A stretch of DNA of 64,000 nt from Octopus vulgaris (taxonomy: Eukaryota), in contig OX597815.1 in assembly GCA_951406725.2 (NCBI GenBank), forward strand, positions 434,001 to 498,000, given 5' to 3'. A program made the position numbers and the translations under genes. This document shows positions 51,744 through 64,000 of the stretch, piece by piece. Position 1 is the first letter of the stretch. Every line of letters begins with the position of its first letter. The notes under the pieces are model-generated. The model was not told the DNA's origin and did not search any database. It saw only the letters and a list, made by a program, of their open reading frames with translations.

Positions 51744-51939
51744 TATATATATATACGTATATATATATATATATACATATACATTTATATACATCAGCAT
51801 GACCACAGCTTGTGAGCTGAAACTAGATAAAAATTAAAAAATAAAATAAATAAATATATATATATATGTATATATGTATACATATATATATGTATACATG
51901 TATATGTATATATATATACATATTTATTTATTTTATTAT

Positions 51940-52371
51940 TTTATCTAGTTTCTGCTCAAGAGCTGTGGCCATGCTGGGGCACCGCCATTTGGTGTTGCTA
52001 CATGATTTTACTTCACAAATGCTTTTTAGCAATTGACGTTTGGTGCATGAGAGAGTTCGATGCAGCTGCCCTCATCTGCACCTCCTGCCGTGAAGTTGGT
52101 TTATCTGGGACACCTGACAGGAAGAGATCCAGCCCATGCAGGTCACTCAGGTTCTTCGGGAGGATATTGAAGAGCTGTAGGCCTCTGAAGCCCAGGCTAT
52201 CACAGTATCTTGTCCTACATCTTGATGGCAAATTTGGAGTCCCTGGCACGATGCAGTGGCGCCCAGTTCTGGCATTTGTGTAACTCTCGATGCCAAAGTT
52301 TGCGACAAGTCCTTCTAGGATCTTCCAGATGTATATAATGGCATATTGTTCTCGCCTACGCTCTAAGGAAT

Positions 52372-52372
<1 letters not shown>
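51940..52372 (-). mobile_element. CR1-group LINE 3' fragment
   Basis: [23 protein letters not shown]...NARTGRHC...GFRGLQLFNILPK; same 3' tail family. Confidence 0.85.
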
Positions 52373-53400
<1,028 letters not shown>

Positions 53401-53778
53401 TTGTATAGAGGCATTATTACACATAAATGCCACACGCTAGGAGGGACTCTTAAAGTCATAACTACCAAATATGACTTTTAGAGTCCCTCCTAGCGTGTGG
53501 CATTTATGTGTAATAATGCCCTCTATACAATATAATTAAATATTTTCAAAGAAAAAAAATTTACAGTTTTTTTCTCTTATGAGGTTTGTCATGCTAACTA
53601 CTCGATAATTTCTTGTTAAGATTTCTTATTAAGATTTTATCCTATTTTTTAAATATATATATACATATATATGCATATATATATACATATATATATGCAT
53701 ATATATACATATATATATATGCATATAAATATATATACATATATATATGCATATAAATATATATGCATATATATATAC

Positions 53779-55040
53779 AAATCAAATGTGGACGTAATCT
53801 ACCTTGATTTTGCAAAAGCTTTTGACAAGGTGGATCATGGTATGATATGCCACAAACTACGTGACCTCGGCATAGCTGGAAAACTTGGAGTGTGGTTGCA
53901 TGACTTCCTGAAAGATAGGAGTCAGTCAGTAGTGGTTAATGGAGCCACCTCTATGAGCACACAAATAGTGACCGGTCTTCCATAGGGCACTGTCTTGGGA
54001 CCACTGCTTTTTATAGTGGCCCGCTCAGATATGCCCTCAAATGCCCGGATAGCCACTCTGGCCAGCTATGCAGACGATACGAAAGTCTTGCGGAAAATAC
54101 AGAACCCCAGCGATGTTGCACACCTGCAGCAGGAGTTGGACTCAATCTACAGATGGGCTGAGGATAATAATATGCAGTTTAATGCTGAAAAATTCCAGGC
54201 CCTGCGCTACCAGCATCTAAAACTGAATATTAAACTTACAGGATACACCAGTCCACAGGGAATTTCAATCTCAGAGCCTAAGTCTGTGAGGGACCTGGGT
54301 ATCGACATGAGTGATGATACCTCTTTCCAAGTGCACATTACCAAGATGGCGACAAAGTGCAGACGACTGGCTGGGTGGATCCTAAGAACATTCAGAACCA
54401 GAGATAAGGAAACCATGATGGTCCTCTGGCGGACATTCGTCCTCAGCCGCCTGGATTACTGCTCACAGGTATGGTCACCCACCTGTGTAAAATTAACAGC
54501 GGACCTTGAAGCAATCCAGAGAAGATTCACAAAGAAGATCGTCTCTTTGCAACAGCTCAGCTACTGGGAAAGGTTGAAACAGCTAAGACTCTACTCCCTG
54601 GAGAGAAGACGGGAGAGGTATGCAGTAATATATGTCTGGAAGATCCTGGAAGGAATTTTGGCATTATAAGCTACACCAATGCTAGAACGGGACGACACTC
54701 CGTAGTGCCAAAGATCCCAGCAATGCCATCACGCTTCAGGACCAGCTTCTGCAACAGCCTGGGTTTCAAGGGCCCACAGCTTTTTAATATTCTCCCAAAG
54801 AGTCTGAGGAAATTGCACAAAGTAGATGTAGTGGTTTTTAAATCGAAGCTGCACATCTTCCTGTTGAGAGTCCCAGATGAACCTACCTCACGGCAAGAGG
54901 TGCAAATGAGAGTAGCTATATCAAACTCCATTCTTCACCAAGTGCCACATATTAGATGAGGTTCTTCGCAATAACAGTGTAGCACAAAATGGCGGTGCAT
55001 CAGCATGGCCGTAGCTCTGAGCTGAAACTAGAGAAAAAAA
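53779..55040 (+). mobile_element. CR1-group LINE, 5'-truncated (RT domain to 3' tail)
   Basis: VDVIYLDFAKAFDKVDH...GLP*GTVLGPLLFI...YADDTK...QFNAEKF...RDLGI...LDYCSQVWSP...[11 protein letters not shown]; tail GGCGGTGCATCAGCATGGCCGTAGCTCTGAGCTGAAAC. Confidence 0.92.
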
Positions 55041-55053
55041 ATATGCACACATA

Positions 55054-55085
<32 letters not shown>

Positions 55086-55309
55086 CATATACATATATAT
55101 ATATATGTATATACTCTTTTACTTTTTTCAGTCATTTGACTGCTGCCATGCTGGAGCACCGCCTTTAGTTGAGCAAATCGACCCCAGGACTTATTCTTTG
55201 TAAGCCGAGTACTTATTCAATCGGTCTCTTTTGCTGAATCTCTAAGTTACGGGGACATAAACACACCACCATCGGTTGTTAAGCTATGGGGGATGAACAC
55301 AGACACAGA

Positions 55310-55345
<36 letters not shown>

Positions 55346-55373
55346 ATATGTATATATATATGTATATACATAC

Positions 55374-55406
<33 letters not shown>

Positions 55407-55509
55407 CATTTTCCTGAGCGTCAATAATACTTTAATTGTTCCACGTCCTCGCGTTGCTGTGTTTTTTTTTTCTCTCTTTTTTTCTGTGTTTTCTTGTTTG
55501 GATTAACTT

Positions 55510-56452
<943 letters not shown>

Positions 56453-57566
56453 ACAGATGTTTTATACATACAATATACACACAAAACCATTTATCTAATG
56501 GTTAGAAAGCCATTTCTCGATCGACATGTAAGCTATATACAGTTTTATTTACTAAATATCGACAAGCTGACTGGCTTTATTATATACACTGTACAAATAG
56601 CGATACACATCAATTACTCTATACACTATTAATAGTTCAAAACTATATACAGTACAGTCATTAAAAACCTGTCCGTGGATGGATCAGTGGAGAGAGTCGA
56701 GATTGAAACTAGGTTCTCCATCCGCGCCCAACCGACGACACCTGTACGATGTGTTTAACGAACACAGATTAAATATTGTTTAAGAAAAACAAAGAGAAAA
56801 CAACGCCAGCTTCGGTGGCAACGCTTCCAAGATCTGCCGCAGAGTGCAACGTTCATGGACACACACACACACACACACTTTTACATCTACATCATACACA
56901 TACAAATATATATACACATACATTAAATGTATGTATATATATATATAAGTACGAACGTACATATGTGTATGTATATAAACTTACGTAGGCTTACATGTGT
57001 ATATCTGTGTGTGTGTGTGTGTGTGTGTATATACAACTACATGGTTCTGGGTTCAATCCCACTGCGTGGCATCTTGGGCAAGTGTCTTCTGCTATAGCCC
57101 CGGGCCGACCAATGCCTTGTGAGTGGATTTGCTAGACGGAAACTGAAAGAAGCCTGTCGTATATATGTATATATATATGTGTGTGTGTGTGTCTGTGTTT
57201 GTCCCCCTAGCATTGCTTGACAACCGATGCTGGTGTGTTTACGTCCCCGTCACTTAGCGGTTCGGCAAAAGCGACCGATAGAATAAGTACTGGGCTTACA
57301 AAGAATAAGTCCCGGGGTCGATTTGCTCGACTAAAAGGCGGTGCTCCAGCATGGCCGCAGTCAAATGACTGAAATAAGTAAAAGAGTGAAAAGAGTAAAG
57401 AGTATATACATGTGTATATATGTACGAACGTACATATGTGTATGTATATAAACTTAAGTAGGTTTACATGTGTATATGTGTGTGTGTGTATATATATATG
57501 TATAATATATATATACATATATATACACACACACACAAATATACACATGTACAAATACATTAAATG

Positions 57567-57607
<41 letters not shown>

Positions 57608-58096
57608 ATAAGAACGAACGTACATATGTGTGTGTATATAAACTTAAGTATGTGTACATGTGTGTGTGTTTATATATATATATGTGTATGTATAATGTTA
57701 ATATTGGTTTTATGTTTATAACAAAAACAATTTCACGTTAATCTCTATTTGTACTCTATATTTGAGTAAAGTACAAATTTCTTCTTCTTAAGATTATTGA
57801 CAATGACTTGGAAGTTTCGGCTGGCAAAGGCATCGTGTGTGTATATATATATTATATAGCTATAAAATGATAAATATATTTACCACAAGTGAAAGATGAA
57901 ATTCCCGTTGTGCTCAGCAAGCATTGTACGCGAGTGTGGCAAAGAGTGTCTCCATGTTGTGGTCGGGGGCGGCGGGGGTCGGTGGCCAATTAACCAGAGA
58001 ACAGATTCGCTACATCAACCTCCTTTCGCACGCCTCGCTTCTTCTTCTCCTCCTCCTCCTCCTCCTCTTTCTTGTAACTATTACTGCTGCTGCTGC

Positions 58097-58133
<37 letters not shown>

Positions 58134-58541
58134 ATGGCTGCTGCTGCTATTGTGGCTGCTGCTGCTGCTGCTGCCGTGCCTTTGCAGACATTTGCACTCT
58201 TAAGTGAGAGCAACAGCAGTAACGCTACTGACTGTTTAGCCCCAGGTCAGCCCTAAACCACCACCCCTGATCTATGATTAAAACTAATCCATCCATGACT
58301 ATCAATGATTTTCTTACAGACAATATTTAGGTCTTCATTATTAAACATAAGAGGAGAGAGAGGGAGATTTGGTTGCTATTTCTAGCTGATTAAGTTACCA
58401 CAATAACACCTCTCTACACATCAGCACAACAAAGCGATCGCATATAATGTGATGTAGAGTCGTTATGCCTTTCCCGTCTTCAACACAGATATAACAAAAG
58501 AGACATGCAGTGGCTTAGAGATAGCTTTTATATATACATTC

Positions 58542-58578
<37 letters not shown>

Positions 58579-58693
58579 TGCACATATATATATATACACA
58601 CACATACAGACATATATATATATATACACACACACATATATATATATACACACATATATATATATATACACACACATATATATATATATATAT

Positions 58694-58760
<67 letters not shown>

Positions 58761-58767
58761 TGTATAT

Positions 58768-58801
<34 letters not shown>

Positions 58802-58819
58802 GCATATACATATATAAAC

Positions 58820-58855
<36 letters not shown>

Positions 58856-59034
58856 ATAAAGGGAAAGTTTACGAAAATAAACAAAAGACGAAGGCAGGTG
58901 GAGTACAAACAAACAAATGTATTAGTATAGCGCTCAGGAATAGAAAAAGTCTTTTACGTTTCGACAGAAAGATACACAGAAAAAAACAAGGAGAGAAAAA
59001 ATGCGTGTAGGAGCTAACGATCTATCATGGCGTC

Positions 59035-59389
<355 letters not shown>

Positions 59390-60559
59390 CTAGCATTATG
59401 ACCCGTCGTTGCCGGGTCATAGTGCTAGTGCATGTATATATGTGTACATATTACATGTACATCTATATATATACATCTACACATAAAATACAAAGTTATA
59501 TCTTGATATCGCTAGTGATAACAATACTCAAAATATATAACAGACTGGAATTGTTAGCCCGTCTCTTACAATTTCGATCAATTGTATCTTGTCCTCCCTC
59601 TTGTATAGAAGTGTGGCTACAATGCAGCCTACCTCAACTTCGGGGGGGCGGGGCATTTTAAATTTTTATCCGGGACGTCCTACGTCCCAGATATAAAGAT
59701 AAAAATAAAATATTTCCACTTTGCAAGTTCGAGTCGAGTACTCCCTTGCATGCTCCGTTGACTCGAACCTTGCTTCTATTGTGGCGAATTTACCGCCTCT
59801 GGTTAGATATCTTTCATAGTCGCACCAAGACACTTTTCGATTGTGCTTTCCTGCAGGTGTTCAAATCTTTTTTCTCTACATTGTATACTTTAGAGACAAT
59901 AGTCTTTTCTTTAATTTAACTTTTTATTATCCATCTGGACTATTCCATTTCTGCACGCTAATTTTATTTTTAATTTATTCCCATTCATGTGAAACAACTT
60001 ATTCAAGTTCAAGTCATTGATGCAATTTTATACCAATTGCTATTTTTACTTTTGTTATGTTATGATTATATTATAGAGAGTGAGAAAAAACACGTCCGTT
60101 CTTTTAAACATCCGTGCAAGAAAAGAAAGCTGGTCACATGAGGAAAAGAAAGATGGACGATGGTCATGTGTGAGCAACGAGAGAAGGAGAGAAAAGAGAG
60201 AGAGAGAGAAAATAGTGAAGGAGAGAAGGGGAGAATATAATATAATAAATGTGTATGTCAGTGCATCACACTTTTTCAACTTTACTCCTAGAGGTCGTAG
60301 CCCAACATACCATTTTCGAATCAAGCTGACTCCATGAGTAAATTAAAAACATTCTGGGTCGAATTCGAACCCACAATCCTGAAATTTTGGATTCCCAAGT
60401 TTTCATGACTTCGATTGTTTTCGGCGATTTTTTGCGACGAATAAGGATCATGATTGGGATATGACTCTGGAGGAAGCAACTGCAATAAATTCTCCAAAAC
60501 AAGTCGGAGATCTGTTTGCAGATCTTCCCATTCAGGGTCAGTTGCTTAAAAGCCATATA

Positions 60560-61270
60560 CTAGCTTAAAAGTCCTGTCCAACTCATAGAGGATGGAATCA
60601 GACGTGCAACACAAATCGACATAAAAAAAACCTTAAGAAAAGTACAACACAGCAACACACACTCCCCGAAAATACTGCCGTACATATCTACTTACAACCC
60701 CAGAAACAAAGAAGTCTTCACCATCATCACCCAAAATCTACCAATGTTACATAAGGACCCCAAACTAAAGGAAATTTTATATACACACAAGATCATTAAA
60801 AGTCACAAAGACCGAAGTCACAAAAACAAAAGATCCTCAGAAAGGCAAAATTATTTTCTAAAATAGTGTAAAAATGTAGTAAACCAAATTGCGCAACAAG
60901 CCCCATCCTTCTAAGAAGGATCAGAATTCCTTTTTAAAGAGTAACAAAAATTCAAAATCAAATCTGACTTTACTTGTGCCTCGGAAAACCTTATTTGTGT
61001 TATAAGATGCTCGGGTTACCACCAGAATTACATAGGCTCCACGGAATTATCGCTCAGACACAGATGCCCTCTGCACCAACAGCAGATTGCATTCCCAGAA
61101 TACAGAATGATACCTTTGAGTGAATACATTGACAGATGCGCAAAATAACTGCTACCACAATTTGTATTCTTTCCATTCTATCAAAGTGCCATTGGAACAC
61201 CAACACAAATTAGATTAAATAAGGAAACTTACCGCATTGAAAAATATAAACTAAAACTTAACCACTTGAA
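60560..61270 (+). mobile_element. Penelope-like (Neptune-type) retroelement remnant
   Basis: Not in the ORF track. Manual translation gives ILPYISTYNPRNKEVFTIITQNLPMLHKDPKLKEIL, KCSKPNCATS (linker Zn finger), FKIKSDFTCASENLICVIRCSGYHQNYIGSTELSLRHRCPLHQQQI and IRLNKETYRIEKYKLKLN; stops and frameshifts present. Confidence 0.8.
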
Positions 61271-61628
61271 ACATTTTATTCTATCAAAACCAAATCATGT
61301 TTAATTAACAAAACCTAATCATTCCTAACATTTTTGATTATCTCCCTTATTCCGAAAAATCCCTGATTACCTCCCTCTATTTCGAACTATTCTACCTCAC
61401 ACCGTAACGAATAGATGACACAACATCGGTAAAGAAATTGAGAAATTCGAAAAGAAAATGCGAAACCGGTTATTTCTCCAAAAACAATGTCACTATACAC
61501 AAAATTTTATATCATTTTCCAAACACAACGATTTTAATATATTTTTTAAACCATATAATTCACATCTTCTGTAGTGTTTTCATTCTATTTTGTTTTATAT
61601 ACATATAAGTATTCACTAGATAGTGTAT

Positions 61629-61672
<44 letters not shown>

Positions 61673-63499
61673 ACAATCGTTTTGTTGTATAAACCCATAC
61701 TCAGTTCTCCAGAAATCTTGAAATGGACAAACATCAGGTTTTTGTCTTTTGTTATTCATCTTGGGGCACTATATATTGATAATTAACATTAATAGATGTA
61801 AAACCCTTAAACTAGATTCTACAAATAAATATAAAAATAACTAAATAAAAATATTTGGTTTTTGGATTTGGTTTGCAAGATTCTTTATGTGAGTTCGTGT
61901 GTTGAAGCATATTCTGTTGTGTCCGGGGAGGGTCATTCTCTTTTACTGCCTTATGATTTAACACACTCACCGGTAACATTTCCACTCATTTCTTTTTTAT
62001 TTTTCTAAAGTTTTCGTTGCGTTTTGCAACCTTTTCAATAGTTTTGATTCCGTTATTCACACTGCATTGCTTTTTTGTTTGTTTGTGCGCATGTGTGTGT
62101 GACTATGTATGCATGTGTGTGTATGCATGTGTATGTGTGCATATGTATATATGTGTACATTTTTATGTATGTTCTACATATTCATGTGCTTGTGTGTCTG
62201 TGTATGTTTTTATGTATGTGTGCGTGTGTGTGTGTGTTTTGCAACTATGCACCGTGTTTGTATGAATGGACGTGTGTCTCCACATGTGTGGACGTGTGTC
62301 TCCATTTGTGCCCTTGCGTGAAGAGAATTACAACAAAATAAATAGTAAAAAAAATTTGTTTTTAAATAAAATGAAATAAATTTAATGAATAAATTTTTGT
62401 AATAATAAAAATAATTAGATTAAAATAAATGGTAGGAATAAACAGAAAAAGAAAAAAGAAATACACTAAAAAAAATCAGACAACTCGACTCAAAGGAGAA
62501 ATTAAAACCTAAGAAAATAATTATAATTTTTGACTTTTCGTGTTTGTTTTTGAAAACCCTTTTCACTGCCGGTTTTTCTTTCCATGTAAAACTGGCCTCA
62601 AAATGAGAAAATAATTCTAAAAGGGTCTACTTATGGATGACCCGCAAAGTAGGAGCCCATATTTTAGACTGGCTGCTGTAAGGTGGTTAACTAATTTTAA
62701 CATCTCATGATCTGCACTGCTAAATATACAACTGATTTTTTTAAAAAATAGGCCTTTTCGACTCTAGCTCCTGGCTTAAGTAATAAAGTACGTTTATTTT
62801 AATCTAATTTAATTTAAAGTCATAAAATAATGCTGAAAGCATTTCTAATGCTTTCAGTGCCACCTTACAAACAACAAGTTAATTGTGCTAACATTTATAA
62901 TTTAGTGTCGTCAAAATTATTTGTGTTCAGCAGTATTTTTAAGCTACCAAATGCAGCTGACTTAGAATTGATGGATCATAAAAATAAAAAAAGACGTGTA
63001 ACGATGTAATTTAATTACTACAATGTCGCTTCCTGAAATATAAACAAAAACTTAGGTTTATTTTATTTTAGTTTTTTTTTGCCAAGAGGCGTGCGTGCCA
63101 TTGTGAATTGGTCCGCGTGTCACACATGGCACGCGTGCAATAGGTTGCCGACGCCTGGTGTAGACTAATTCCGGTTTAGTGTCGAATTTAGAATTCTTAT
63201 AAAGTATTATTTGATCATTTGTTTTTCTTTTATTTTGAATAAAGGAAATATTCTGAAATTTCCTTTTGCACAAATGTCCAGAGATTTACTAAAAGCATCA
63301 TTTTCTAAGAGGAGGAAACTTGAATTTGCCGTTGGTGCACTCTCACCTGCCGGGTTAGTTTCGATCCTGTTTTTCCGATGTAATTCTCATTGCAGGGTAG
63401 AAATGCGATGCGAGAGATGAGTTCTTTTGTTTGTTTTGTTCATTTGCAATCCATGTTTGCATTCACCTTCAATTCCCTCTCATCCTTGAATCTTTTGAA

Positions 63500-63532
<33 letters not shown>

Positions 63533-64000
63533 GTGTGTATTGCACGTAATCAATGCCCTCTTCTTGGAATTGGTTTTTAAGGTGGAACTCTTTTAGTCGG
63601 TTATTTTTGTTTCGTTTTGTGTTGTTTTTTTTAAAGAACAGGTGTTAAACAGTAGTTTTGTCTTATTACAAGTGGATCATAATCCGGATTAACTGAGCGA
63701 CGTGAGATCTGGGACGGGACACGGAGAATACTTGCCTTCTTCTTTCAAGACGTTCATAAATGAAACACATCTTCAACGAAGATAATCAATATGAAAGAAG
63801 AAGATTTACTGATTGATAAAAAAAAAAGAAGGAAAGTAAAACAAGATTTCGGGAAGTGCCAAATCTTAAACTTAGGATCAAGTTACCACCGAGGGCCAAA
63901 CTGAAGACAGTAAAATACCGATAGAATAAAGAACCTGATGCACCATAAAATATAAGATATTGATTTCATTTGATCGGCAATAAGATCGATATCTGATATG

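Noticed and set aside
58010-58256. Poly-Ala/Thr/Arg or poly-Leu/Val ORFs
   Set aside because: Trinucleotide-repeat translations with no domain or convincing splice context.
63060-63157. hAT/Charlie-like right terminus (AGGTTGCCGACGCCTG)
   Set aside because: No matching left TIR or TSD found, so the element cannot be delimited.

Overview
AT-rich, repeat-dense animal genomic DNA. The repeat repertoire suggests a cephalopod/octopus-like mollusc (inference). The only host gene I can support is the 5' part of a minus-strand fatty-acid transport protein / very-long-chain acyl-CoA synthetase (SLC27A/FATP family): three coding exons (19332-18954, 5409-5299, 3175-2960) with phase-compatible GT-AG junctions, ending in the AMP-binding motif YIYTSGTTG. 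The rest of the gene runs off the left edge. Everything else is intron or upstream DNA filled with RTE- and CR1-type LINE fragments, an L1/Tx1-type ORF1 remnant, Penelope-like (GIY-YIG) remnants, several tRNA-derived SINE families, mariner/pogo/hAT/piggyBac-type MITEs, a non-autonomous Helitron and long (TA)n/(CA)n/(TATG)n tracts. Almost all long ORFs in the supplied track are microsatellite artefacts. Most notable: (i) a ~265-bp tRNA-Arg(ACG)-headed SINE carrying an intact-looking minimal type I hammerhead ribozyme (19584-19849, minus strand; decayed second copy at 27180-27363); (ii) at least six further Penelope-style hammerhead motifs, several with long stem-II extensions and palindromic stem III; (iii) a SINE/LINE pair sharing a 3' tail and hairpin; (iv) a PHD-type zinc finger inside an RTE reverse transcriptase; (v) recurrent fold-back palindromes next to (TA)n tracts.
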